Source: Camelus dromedarius (taxonomy: Eukaryota). From it: DNA of 64,000 bases. The notes below the pieces were generated by a model. The model did not search any database and had not been told where the DNA came from. It was given only the letters and a program-made list of their open reading frames with translations. Both the position numbers and the translations under genes were made by a program. The stretch lies in NCBI RefSeq assembly GCF_036321535.1, contig NC_087436.1:52268001-52332000 (forward strand), read 5' to 3'. Positions 25,619-37,930 of the stretch are shown piece after piece (the first letter of the stretch is position 1; each line of letters opens with the position of its first letter).

Positions 25619-26808
25619 TAGCATAGAGCGTCACTGGAGGGGTCACCTGGGCAGAAATGAGCACCTAGGAGCTGTGTGTGAGCTGAATCATTCTCTGCAG
25701 ACTTCAGCTGTCATCTGAGCTAATCCGACAAATGCAACAGTCCAGTTCAAACTACCTTCCCCTTTCGTCCACACTTCGCTTTGTCAACAACCAACACCTT
25801 GAACAGTTACATCCAACAGAGATCAAGGCCATTAGAATCCCAAGCCTTCATTCCATCTCCCTGACTAATCCCATAAGAACACCACTGGGACATCCTCCTA
25901 TGACAATCTTGAACTCAAGCAAAGGCTCACAGAGCCTTTGAAACCCAGTGTGGTGGTAGTGATGGGAAAGTCACCCACATTCATACTTGTGAACCAACCT
26001 CCAAACCACAGCACTTAATGTGTTTATAATGAGCAACAAGAATAAAGCATTGGCTCTGGAGATCAGCAGACCAAGGTCTGCATTATGGCCTTACCAACTT
26101 GCTGGCTGGGAAATATCTTTTTCCTGAACTTCATTTTCCTTGTTGATAAAACGAGGCATTTTGTGGGAAGTAAATAAGAGAAGATACTAGGTTCCTTCTA
26201 CTTGCTGTGACTGAAAACTGCATCAGGTGAGTCAGAGAGGAAATGAGCTGGGTGATCCCGAAGGTCCTCTTAAAATAGTCCGGAAGAGGCTCTTTTTGAA
26301 AACAGTGTTTAATCTCTGTGCAGATTATATTCAGGCAGTTTTGTTTCCAAAATACAGAGTTCCTCTCCTGCCGGATGGTGCCCGGGGTGGGGGGGGGTTG
26401 GCATAAAAGCCTTAAAGGGGCCAAATGTAAGCCTTCTTTCTCCATCAATGATCCATTAGTCCCTTATCCTGCCTCTGCCTTTAGGCCACTTATCTGTAAA
26501 ACAAGTTCAATCTTAATTCTGCTATGAAGTTCAAAGCCAAGGCCATTTCCCTCGTTACCTTGATCTCAGAGGAAGTAATTACTTGCTATCAAGACACTAA
26601 TGATTCAGATTCCAACAAGTCAGATATAGACAGAATTGCCAGTAAATAGTTTTTCTGGGATCTCTGGACCAAATTTCCTCGCTCCTGCTCCTTTTCTGTT
26701 TCTGAGCATGCAGCATTTTGTTGCAGAGATTCTGCCACATTTGGTTTAGGGAAGGTTAGTTTTGCCATCTATATCTAATCACTGGTGTTTTAAAGAAAAC
26801 ATTTACAG

Positions 26809-26842
26809 TTTCCTCATTATGTGATTTCCTCATTATGTGATT
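26809..26842. repeat. Perfect 16-bp tandem duplication TTTCCTCATTATGTGA x2
   Basis: Seen directly. Confidence 0.95.
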
Positions 26843-27257
26843 AGATGAAAAAGGTGGCTATGAGATAGGAGCCGCAACAAAGATGGCTCCAATGGGGAGA
26901 CCAGGGACCTAGCAGCTCTGAAGAAGTCCCGGGTCTCCCTTTCTAAGGGAGCATGATGTACTTGAAACAACAAAATCAGTGACCAGGCAGACTGAACTTT
27001 CTCATGCCCTACTAGCAATGGGAACACTTTGAGCATCTTCACTTATGACAACAGCAGCGGCTATACCGACAATTGCCACTTACCTAAATATGGACCTTAT
27101 GGTCCAAACCCTTTGCAAAGATCTTTAAATGCAAGACCTAGTTCAAGTCTTACAAAATTCTTGCAGAACTAATCCTAAAACCATGTTACACTTTCTCCAT
27201 GAGACATGTGCTAATTTCCTCAAGTTACTATCCAATTTTAGCTTAAAAAATATTGTT

Positions 27258-27617
27258 AGTAGCTAACATTTATTTAGTGCTTACCGCTGAGAAACTTTGT
27301 GCTAAGATATTGATTATCTCATTTATTCTTCCCACAATCCGCTAGACCATAAGCTGCATGAGGTTCAACATTTTTGTTTTTTATTTACACTATTGTATTG
27401 TTACCACCGATAACAGATCCTTCCACGGAGCATATGCTCAATAAACATTTGCTCAGTGAATGAATGAACCTCATGATGCCTTTATTTTCCATATGACAAA
27501 CTTATCTTTTGATCAGATAAGTTAATTAATTAGCCTCGGATCACACAGCAAGTGAGGGGTAAAGATATGAACCTAATCTGGCTCTAATTCCTGCATGTTT
27601 AACCATCATTCTGTACT
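27258..27617 (-). mobile_element. MIR interrupted by a plus-strand L2 3' end (27342-27468)
   Basis: MIR 'gctaacatttatttagtgcttac' ... 'ggatcacacagcaagtgagggg'; L2 'ctagaccataagctgcatgagg...gctcaataaacatttg..gaatgaatgaa'. Confidence 0.75.
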
Positions 27618-29984
27618 TCCAGTTGTAAAATCCCTGTAATTACATGCACAACCAACTATGAGACATTAAAGTCTCTATATGTCCAGGGGTGCTGAGGTGA
27701 TGCTTGCATGACTGACATGACCAAAATCTTCAGGTTTGCCTGCGATTTGTTCTTTGAGGTCTTATGTCTTGAGTGATGTCTTGAAAGAGCAAAGGGCATA
27801 GTTCTAGAAAAAAAAAAAATTGGAGTGGACATTTGTGGGAGAAGAGAGAGGGAAAATGTGTGCCAAAATTCAGAAACTGGCTTAGTGTTCAAGGTAAGAA
27901 GCAAATTTGCTTGAAAAAGAAGATGAGTTCAAATGGGAATAAGAGAGGAGAAGCGTAATTGAAAAAGGGTGAATATGTTAAAAAGAAGATTTCTTGTCAT
28001 CATCAAGAATTTAGAATGAGCACAGGGAGGGGTTGAGGCCCCCTGCAGTTTGTCAGGCAGAGAAACAATATTACTGCGATATATTTAAAGAAGGTGATTC
28101 TTGTGGTTGTGTGTCCCATAGACTGATACACATAGAGTTAGGAGGGTTTCGTGGAAGACCAAAATGTAAAGTGATTACAATCCTCACTGCAACTGTGTCT
28201 TTAAAAGTGAATTGATTGTGTCTGAGATGCGTTTTAGGAAAAAACAAAACAAAACAAAACAAAAAAACACTGCAGAGGTCTTCTTTGGATTGGATATTTG
28301 GTGTGAAAAGCAGAAAGGGCTTTCTTAGCCATCAGGTAATACCCGGACTTTGTTATTTAAAAGTGATGGGGAGAATATATTCTTCAGCGAGGGTTTAATG
28401 AATTGAGAGGAGAGCCATTTGACCGGTTATGGATCACAAAACTGGTATGGGCCAAGGGTGGACTCTGGCTCACTTAGAGGCTTTGTTTGCAGAGCACAGT
28501 GTGTAATTATTTTCAGTGGCTGGAGTCAATTCACCGGTGATCCCAAGACTCTATTGTTTTACGTGTAATCCCCAAACATAATAATTTTACCTGCCTGGAC
28601 TCGAAATGCATTTGAATTTTCAACCTCTGCCTTATACATTCTTTGAGCTCCCATGTCTCTAGTTTTGCCACGCTGTGCTTCTAAGTGGTAGCAGAGTTAC
28701 AAAAACTTGCCTTTGCCTTTCATCCCGCGTCAGCGTGGTTACACAGCTCCCACACGTAGATCTGGCAATTATGCAAACTTTTGGAAGTAGAAAAAAAATA
28801 ATGTTTCTCTGTCAGTGTGTGGGCTATAGGCAGAACACAAGGATGCTCTTACAAAGCAAGGGGGAAGGAAGATGCAGAAAGTAATAAATCTTTGGTCATG
28901 AGGTCTTAGGCAAGGCTAATCTTTAAGGAAAATCGACTCCAGTAAACAGAGGGGCAGGAATATAGGTAAAATCAGAGAACAAGATTTGACGTGGTTTTAG
29001 CAAGAAAGGGGTCACATAAATGAGCAGCTATGGCTCTCGGCAAACTCAGTAAAAGGCCAGAGGAGAAACCTAACGTCCAGGAGAGGGCCAAGAAAAGTCA
29101 CAATTTTTCTTTCACCTTGGCTTAAATTTTCAGTGTTATGGTCCTGTCTTGTGCTGTTGAAGTGATGGACAGGAAAACTACTGATGGCTTAGAAAATCTG
29201 GAAGGTATAAACACTCTCAGCCAGATTGAGGAAAGGTACAGAGACCAACATGAGTACCACGTCGACTCAAAAAATGTTTCAGGCCAATCAAGGGAGCAAT
29301 GCTAACATTTTCTCTCCAGACAAAATGCAGATGCAGTTTTAAAAAGTCTTGAATGCTAACATGTGCACTCTCTTTACATGCCAGGGGAAGAGCACCTAAT
29401 TTTCTTTCCAAGAAACAAGAATTAAAGCTACTATTTGCTTGCTTGTTTGTTTTTCAGATAAAACTGAGCACATCTTTAAGTAGATTTTGTAGAGTTTAAG
29501 TGTACCCACTGTCCCCCTTCGGTGCCACATTACCAGCTATTGCACGGCATTTTAATTTCCATGATTGTTAAAATTGTTTTGGTTATCAAGAGAACAAGGT
29601 GGACCGAATTTCATATCATCAAGCTCTATCTGGCCAGAGGCTGCACAGCTTTAGAAATCTGGGTTGGTGCACTGAAACCTCGTGTTCAAAAGAGTATAAT
29701 TATTTTGTTCCAAGGCAGTAAGATGGGAGTATACAATGTAATCAAAATTCTTTCAGAGGACCCTATTTAGATACTCAACTTTCTAATACTCTGAATGCTT
29801 AAGTGTTACAGCCTCAGGATCAAGGAAATTTTATGGAGAGTCAAATTATAGCTCTCTTTCTAGGACAACAAACACATGATTTATCCAAGAAGAAAGGGGG
29901 TACATTGGAGACCTTTCATTTGAAGGCGATTTTAAATGATAACATTTTAATTTGTGGATCTAGTACACTCTTATTTAGAAATAC

Positions 29985-30190
29985 AATCAACACATGGTGA
30001 GTACTTACAATGTATCCAATACGATGATTAGTGCCTTTGCATATATGGAGTAATTATTCTCTCCAGAGTCCTCTGGGCTAGATACGATTAGTACTGTTCT
30101 AATTTTTAAGTTGAAAAACGCTGATGCTGAAAGGAATTTGCCAAAGATTACACAGTTAACAAGTAGCAGAGTGGGAATTCAAACTCCAAC
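29985..30190 (-). mobile_element. MIR SINE
   Basis: 'aatttgccaaagattacacagttaacaagtagcagagtgggaattcaaac'. Confidence 0.8.
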
Positions 30191-30338
30191 TCTAACGTTT
30201 ATTCTGGGACATATAGGTAAATCATTGTTAAAAACGCTTGCATTTTGGGAGAATTAAGTGATTTCCTGTTGAATAATTTCAGTGCACTAGATTTCCAGCA
30301 GCTTTGCTAGTTTCTCTACTTGTACATGCTTCTGAGAA

Positions 30339-30365
30339 TGTGTGTGTGTGTGTGTGTGTGTGTGT
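30339..30365. repeat. (TG)n microsatellite
   Basis: Seen directly. Confidence 0.95.
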
Positions 30366-30824
30366 TTGTAAGTGGAGCAGAGTTTGGGGAGTAAACTATT
30401 TTGTGAAACAGAATACTCAGTTTTTAAAACCATTTGCTTAATTGTCATCAACCCCTGATTTAAGTGTGGCAGCTAAAGAAATGAAACACTTTCAAAATTC
30501 AAGTAGATTTAACATATTTTGAATAAACATTTCTTGTCCTCTATGTCTCTCAATAATACAATTTCAATCATATGTAATTGTCAATTTAGGCAAACCAATG
30601 CCTAGACTGCCAAGAAATATTTAGAGTTTTTCAAAAACACTGATATTGTTGACTTGCATTTCAGAGATGAATTAATAACATTATTCCCTACGGTGGAAAA
30701 TTTTTTTTTAGCTTTTTGTATCTAATTTTAAAAGCTCATTAAAGTTAAATGACCTGTTTCACTAATATGTTTTAGTGAATTTTACAAACTAGTTTATTAT
30801 ATTTGTCCTAAATGCTGTTACTTC

Positions 30825-31000
30825 TTAGAAACATGGAGTTTGGAATAAAAAAGCCTAGACTTGAGACCCAGCTCCATCAATTAGCTCTGTGGCATTAGAT
30901 AAATCATTAAACATTTGGGATCTCTATTTTACTTTTTGTAATGAGAGGAAAATACATGTACTGACTACCCTAGATAAACAATGAATATGAAAGTGCTTTG
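30825..31000 (+). mobile_element. MIR SINE
   Basis: 'cctagacttgagacccagctccatcaattagctctgtggcattagataaatcattaaac'. Confidence 0.7.
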
Positions 31001-31663
31001 CAATGGGTAAAATAATGTGTCACTTATTGTTCAATGTATAACAATGTGTTTAAGTAGAAATGTTATATCAATATATTAATATAATTGTCACTATGTAGTA
31101 ATTAGACTCTGGGTTGTTTTAGTTGAAGACGATAGCTTGTTCCTTTAAATAGAATGGGAGTTACCAGGGACTATTACACAGAATTGCTGAGAGATCTGGA
31201 GAAGCAGGTTCTCAGCTTTCAGAAACAACAACAGAACTTCACTTCTAATTGGCCTGATAGTGATTATTGGTACCGCCACCAACTTCATAACAATGCCCGC
31301 ACATCATTGATGCAGGCGTCCTGCTTTCAGTAGCTCGTTTTCAACTCAAAGTCTCAGCAAGTACTTTTGACTGATGGAATTTAAGGCTCACCTAGGTGTA
31401 AAGGAACCTGGAAAATATTTTTTTTTTCTTAAAATTTTAACCCAGGAGGGTAGGATTCAAAATATAGGAACCTCTCAAAATGTGGAGTGATATTCAAAGT
31501 TTTGGGAGCGCTCTGAATGACATTAGTCCATTGCATTCTGCTTGGTCTTTCTCAATCGCAGTGGAGAAAATTGTTATAAAGTTTATTTGAAGGCTGAAAA
31601 AATCTCTTATTTACAGAGTTTTAGTTCCATTTTTTAGGACTCATATAAATACTCTTTCAGGAA

Positions 31664-32212
31664 ACATGTCCCAAATTGAATTCTTCATTCTTTCCTGCTC
31701 CCCATCCACCTACTGCCCCTTGTCATTGCTCCTTATCTCAGCGAATGGTGTCATTATTCACTGAGAGTCATCCCTGCTCTCTTTATCTTTCATCACTCTT
31801 CCATCCAATCACAGAATCTTAACAATTCAAATTTTGAAATTGGTATCAAATATATCCACTTCTGCTCATCTGAACTGACACCACACTGGTCCACGTCAAC
31901 ATTATCTCTTTCATAGACAATTGCAAGAGTCTCTTAAATTATCTTCTTTCTTTCCCACATGTTATTTGTCAAGGTCACCCCTTCACCAAAGAAGATGAGT
32001 TCCTTCTGCTGTATGCTTAACATGGTACCCATATTTTTCCATATGGAACTTTTTGAATTATATTTTTCTACATTTGTAATTTAATAATTATTTTTGTAAG
32101 TTATAACTGTCTTTCCCACTAGACTATAAGATTCTGGAAATCAGGGACTGTGATTATTTATTGATAGCTTCCTTATATATAACATAAATATGGCTTAAAA
32201 GTGCATGAATGA
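31664..32212 (+). mobile_element. L2 LINE 3' region
   Basis: 'aacatgtcccaaattgaattcttcat', 'tatctcagcgaatgg', 'cccactagactataag..cagggactgtg', ending in 'tgaatga'. Confidence 0.8.
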
Positions 32213-33202
32213 GGTTAACATTAAGTACTAACTTTGGATTATGTATATATTGCAGCAGCTTCTCTCCACAGCTTAGAAGATCCTAGAGAATCTTTACTCA
32301 GTGCTCAATCTTTTGAGGAAATGATGCTATTTTTAATATAAAGATCTAGCCTCGAGGGAGGAACCAGGAAGAAAACAACTTTATTCTAGATGGACCAGCA
32401 CATGGCGTCACTTCATGAATCGGCCTCCATGACGTCCTCAACCAGTTACCAACAGTGGGAATTTCATTTTTTTTTTTCATATATGTATCATTTACTGTGT
32501 ACTAGGTAGGTGGTATATCTAAAGACAATTCAGACATCTCAAATTGCTCACAATCCAGTGGGAGGAACAGCTTTAACAACCTCTTTATAGGATTATCTAA
32601 TAAATAATCTATTTCTAATGGAGAGTAAACAAAAGACTTTATAATGAAATGATTAAATTTTTTGCCAGAATGATTATCAGGCAAGGTTCAGCTTGAAACC
32701 TAGTCACAAGCCATCAGGACGTTAAAGAAAGACATTAAAATAGGGATAGAAGGAGTAAAAGTATCAGGGCTCGAGTGAGTGAAGGCTGTATCTCCTGGTC
32801 AATGATGGGAACAAAGGACCAGCTCTTCCTCAGGCCAGAGCAGAGGGGGAAGGGCTTGGCTACTCCGATTGCGGCGCTGTCCTGCAGCAACTGTTCATCT
32901 GCTGACAACTGGTCCTGTGCTTCGGGTTGGTTTTCGTTAGTGTTACTAGCTTTGCACTTCTCTGTCCCTCTTGCTGACCCCACCCCCTTTGTGATAGTCT
33001 ACAGAAATGTAATATGATTGGTCAGGGAGAAGATGCCATCCGCAGTCATTAAACAAGTTGCCTCCTTAACAAGACCACCCCCCACTTCTCCAGCCTCATC
33101 AGAGGCACACATTTTGAATCTCATTCCTTTCAAAGCCAGAACAATATGGAGTCAAGTTTTAATTCTGTCTCCTTTTCTTCTCAAAGCAATCACTAGCCCT
33201 CA

Positions 33203-33405
33203 TCCACAGGAGAAGCACTGAATGTGGAGTCAGATTGACCTGAGTAGAAATCTGGGCTTGGCTACGTGTGACTTTAAGAATGTTACTTACTCTTTCTTTG
33301 ATGATTTCCTCAACTGGAAAGTGAAGATGGGAGTATTTCCTTACAGAACTGGCATCATGATCATAGGAAACAGGATGAGTAAATGTGCACATGGCAGGCA
33401 GTCGA
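33203..33405 (+). mobile_element. MIR SINE
   Basis: 'ggagtcagattgacctgagt', 'tgtgactttaag..gttactta', 'tttcctcaactggaaagtgaagat'. Confidence 0.75.
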
Positions 33406-33835
33406 TACCTGTTCCTTAGTTTCATGTTTCCCCTACAGTGATAGCAATTCCTTTGTAATCTAAGCCATCCATGAGATAAACTACCTAATCCTACTGCTGT
33501 TACTACTGCCTGCTAGATTAAGACAATCTCAGTGGTCCTGCAACAGCTAACCTCAGTGATCCTAGGTCAGCGTGGCCTCTGAAATCCAGGGTGCTGTAAC
33601 CCCACAAATATGCCTTTGACCTCTGAAAACACCTGATTTTTCAATCAGCAACATGGACTCCAAGTAAAAAGATCAACTCAACTTTGCGTCTCTCCACTGC
33701 GCCACCAATGTGTGATTTCTGAGAAACATGCTCAATTCCTGTCAATCAATGACATTTTTACACCCATCTTCCTTTTCCAATCCTAAGCGAGTGCCTTATG
33801 CTTTGGCTATGAACTGCCGTAATGCACCAACTCAC

Positions 33836-33845
33836 CACAGTGCAA
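33836..33845 (-). other. Candidate 10-nt microexon TTGCACTGTG
   Basis: Minus strand reads cttgctttgttttcttacattttag|TTGCACTGTG|gtgagt: strong polypyrimidine tract, AG and GTGAGT donor. No transcript evidence. Confidence 0.3.
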
Positions 33846-35755
33846 CTAAAATGTAAGAAAACAAAGCAAGCTTGTGTTTGCCCTCCTTAGTACACTTCTG
33901 CAAGCGAATTCCTCTCTCCCTTCTGCCCTCAATCTCCCCTGTACCTACCCCTTTGTATTTATGGGGAATGAAAGCAAGATCGGCCCAGTTCTTTTGAGTT
34001 CGTTATGCTGACTGCTAGGCACCTGCTTCCTGCTGCTCCTTTTGTGTAGAAAGCATTAAGCCTTCCTTCCATTTGCTTTAAGATGCTTTAAGAGTCATGT
34101 CAGTAGGATGTAATTAAAAAAGACAAGAACAGCAGGGAAAATGCCAGACAATTACTAGGAGACACAGGGTAAAAACAAGGTTGAGATAAACTAGTTTATA
34201 TCAAAATGGATTCTGATTACCACCACAGTTATTATTGGTGTTTAACTTTTATGGAGCACCAACATGGAGTTACACTCTGTACAGAACATAGAATTAGAAC
34301 TTTTCTAGCCAGGCAGTAGTATTTATAGAACTGTGAGATTCTTCCAAAGCTGCTAGTCTTAGATGGCACTCTCCTGTGAGGAGGACTGAGGCTTCTGATC
34401 CCATGTGGATCTTGGAGTTTTTATAGGGGAAATAAATGAGATAATAAGCTAACAAATGAGAATTGCTTAGAGTGAGCACTCAGTAAGAATTTGCTATACA
34501 GAGGGGGAAGGCAGGCTTAATAATTCCTAACAGAATTAGGTACCCAAGTGAAGCTGCTGGTTTCCTTGTGGATGGTGCCTTCCCTTATACAAAGCTGAAT
34601 TCTTCAAATGGTGCTTTACTCTCATTAAGTCCCTGCAAAAATACTATTTTTCTTGAGAAAATGTTGAGGCATTTTTCAAAGCACTAGAATCATATTATCA
34701 AATGTAAATATTTAACCCTAGGTAGACCAGATAATAGCCCAAGTCCCTGGACTTGGCAAAAGCTTATTTATTTCAATCTCTGTAGATCTTATACCCGAAC
34801 GAGTACCTGATGAATTACCAGTGCTGATAGAATGAGTTAAGAAATAAATGAACAAAAATAATGAAAAAATATTTAAATAATCAACCATCCAAACAGTTGG
34901 GTTCTGAATTTTCCATACAGAAAGCTGTTTAGAAAAAAAGCCTTTTAGCCAGCAGTACCAAACTGTGACAGGGCCATAAATTGTAACTGATACACGCCGT
35001 GGCAGTGATGCGACACGTGAGAGCCAAGAAATTGTCTTTCTGTTATGTTAGCTATGAGCCCAATGCTGGTGGAAGTCTACAGGGTTTGCATTTATTTGGT
35101 TGCCTTCAGGCATGAGCTGAGTCTTATAAGTGCATTTTCAGATGAATAAAACTCTCAAGTCCTAAAACTATTCTGGATGGCTATCTTTGTGAAATATGTA
35201 TACATGGCCATTCTTTCCAAAGTGGAGCATATTCTGTCCAGTTTTGATCTGCACATTCTTGGAGTAATGTTGGAAAATTGGAGCAGATTTGGAAAATAAC
35301 TTTCCACAATTTTCACAGCCCAGGACAGAGATCCTGAGCTTGCTGACTTCCCAGCCTGCAACTCTGAAACGTTTGAGAATCCAAAATTCCAGTCTGGGGT
35401 TCCAGGTGGTTTAAAGGATACTTATTTAGATAGGAAGATAGGATGTATTTTACTTAGTGTTTTTTTTAAAAAAAAACAAAACTCGATTTATATGTTTTAA
35501 ATAATTTGGACTCTGTTCATATTCTTGTTCCAGGGTCTGCAAAAGATAGGCTAGACATGTACCAAGTTTGTCCACATGAGCCATCATCAAGATAATAAAG
35601 AAAAAGATGTGTAATTATCCATCCATGTCATTACAAGTAACCTCCTGTCTCTCTTTATCTTCTGATGAATCAAAAGTGACTGGAAAAAACCTGGAGATTA
35701 ATCTAGCTCAAACAATCCTTACCTTGGACATATGTGAGTTTAAATGGAACTTCCT

Positions 35756-35888
35756 TTTTATTTATTTTTAAAATTTTTGTTTTTGTTAACGGAAGTACTA
35801 GGGATTGAACTCAGGACCTCACGCATGCTAAGCAAGTGTTGTACCACTGGGCTATGCACTCTACCCTTGGGCTCTACCCCACATCCCC
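35756..35888 (-). mobile_element. tRNA-derived SINE (camelid Vic-1-like) with a duplicated head
   Basis: Minus strand has A box TAGCCCAGTGG (35854-35844), 'GCTTAGCATGCGTGAGGTCC', B box GAGTTCAATCC (35812-35802) and an A-rich tail. Imperfect TSD taaatggaacttcct (35741-35755) / taaatggagctcct (35889-35902). Confidence 0.9.
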
Positions 35889-37325
35889 TAAATGGAGCTC
35901 CTAATGCTACCATTTTGCTAATTCTGTAGTGTATGTTCTGTTGGCTATGACTGCATAACCTTTGGACAACAATCATTAGGAAAGGGACGCCCTGGAAAAA
36001 GCAATTTAGCAGGGTGAAATCCCTATTACTGTAAATCATGAAGATTTCCCAGAGAATATTTGCCCATTGTTTTTTCTTTTGAAGATAAGCTTGGATATCA
36101 ATGCTTGCTATTTATTTAAAAACAGAATAAAGTGACTATTTTCTTTCTCTCTTATGTATAAAAATGAAGAAGTAGCTCTGATTTTCTCAGATAATTAAGT
36201 AGATAGAATGGAGTGCCCAAGGTGGCATTTATGACATGATTTACCCTGAACTTCACTGCCTCCATTTTCTTCCCATACTTCCTGGGGCACTCACTGGTAG
36301 TTGAATATAAATGTAGACTTTGTGAAGCAGCACATTTCTCCCTCCTGATAGTTTAGCTTAATGATATCTGCTCTTTAAATGATCCCCAAGACTCAAACTC
36401 AAGCCACACAGTCAACTATTCCAATCAGAAGCCCTGCCCAAGAAGGAAGTCGTCTTATTTTTTTTTCCTGAAGCTGGGTCATCACCTGAGGTTCCTCTTT
36501 TGCAAATTGGAAACTTGCAAAATGAAGTGCTGTTTCCAAGTTGCTTCTTTTACTTTTCAATAACACGTTCTTGGATTATCATCCACCAATGATGTAATGT
36601 GAAGGAATAGAAAATATACTGCTTTGAATACTGTTTGGTGGAGATTAGACATTTTCTAATGAACTGTAAACACTTTAAAAGCAAATTGGAAGAACAATTT
36701 TCACAGAGAATGAAAATGTGTGAAAATTATTTTTACTGCATTAGTTTCCAATGCTGCAGTATTTTGAATATTTGCCAAACTGTGTGAATAATTAGTGTGG
36801 TTTAATAGCCAGATATGTTCTTTTGGTTGTGTGTGAGAAATACATTTATTGCACTTGGCTTATTTCTTCTCACATTCTCACCAATATATAGTAAATAGGG
36901 CCCAACCGACTAAAATATTGCTATGTGATCTACCACAAGGTGGTCCTAAACTCATAAGATCATAAACTATATGCTTAAGTTTTCAATCTATAACTAATTA
37001 GTAGCTTTGACAGCTTACACAGCAGACTGCTTTAAAGCAGAGAAGTCGAGGTGGTAAACCTGAAACAAAAGCCAATTTAATAAAGAGACTCCACATTTGC
37101 TATGAGTAGGACATACATAGGGATTTTGTCTTCCTTGCTTGGACAACTGTGGAAGAAATGTTGTTAATTCAGACCCACAGCTATAACCAAAAATCATTCA
37201 GAAGTCACAAAGGCTGCCCTTGAGTCTCCCATGTTGCATCGTGCTCACTCATGGATTGTTCGGTCTTCCTTCAGTTGAACTACCATACTAAGCACTCCTG
37301 CAGGGCAACTCTAAGACACACTCAC

Positions 37326-37348
37326 CCATGGTTGATTCTCGAAAAAGC
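37326..37348 (-). other. Candidate 23-nt exon containing an ATG in optimal Kozak context
   Basis: Minus strand reads (T)15aactacgttcaacag|GCTTTTTCGAGAATCAACCATGG|gtgagt. No transcript evidence. Confidence 0.35.
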
Positions 37349-37704
37349 CTGTTGAACGTAGTTAAAAAAAAAAAAAAATCCTGAGTGCTCCTGTGGCAAC
37401 TTGTATCCACATCCTGAGCATGTGCACTTTTGGTTGGGTTTCCATTCAGCCATGAAGGTGAGCTTTGAGGTGAGGAATTCTGTTTCAGGGTTAGCCATAT
37501 AGCTGTAGTCAAGAGCCTGCAGATGGCAAGTATGACCTCACAGTCTTCTATTTTTCTCCAGATAATTCTATGGTTGGAAATAAATCTTAGAAAAGTATAA
37601 AGTGAATGTGGTACAAGAATGGAACTTGAAAGAGGAAAAAGATGATTGTGGATCATCAGAAGTAACACACTCTGGTTTAGAGATTGATGTGGGATTCAAA
37701 GATC

Positions 37705-37930
37705 AGTGCTATGCATTGGATATAACAGATGTTGGAGTCAGGAAGACCTGTGCCCGGACCCTGGCTCTGCTAACTGCTAGTTGGCTAACCTTGAGCAAGT
37801 TACTTAACATCGCTGCATCTTAGTGTCTTCAGTATGCACAATAAAATGTATATAACAATACCAGCCAGGCCGATTTATTGTCAAGATTAAAAGAAATAAG
37901 CCTTAGTACCTAGAATAGACTAGGAACACA
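37705..37930 (+). mobile_element. MIR SINE
   Basis: 'ttggagtcaggaagacctg..cctggctctgc..accttgagcaagttacttaac'. Confidence 0.85.

Noticed and set aside
26224..26234. Perfect plus-strand donor CAG|GTGAGT overlapping an AP-1 site
   Set aside because: It lies amid MIR-like sequence with no convincing acceptor or promoter upstream, which shows that isolated consensus donors arise by chance.
26384..26401. G-quadruplex
   Set aside because: It does not provide four clean G3 runs and has no supporting context.
35790..35866. tRNA gene
   Set aside because: It has A and B boxes but also an A-rich tail, TSDs and a degenerate cloverleaf, so it is a SINE.
36933..36948. CTCF-like CCACAAGGTGGTCCTA
   Set aside because: It lacks the key C of the GGC core, so a single imperfect match is not supportable.
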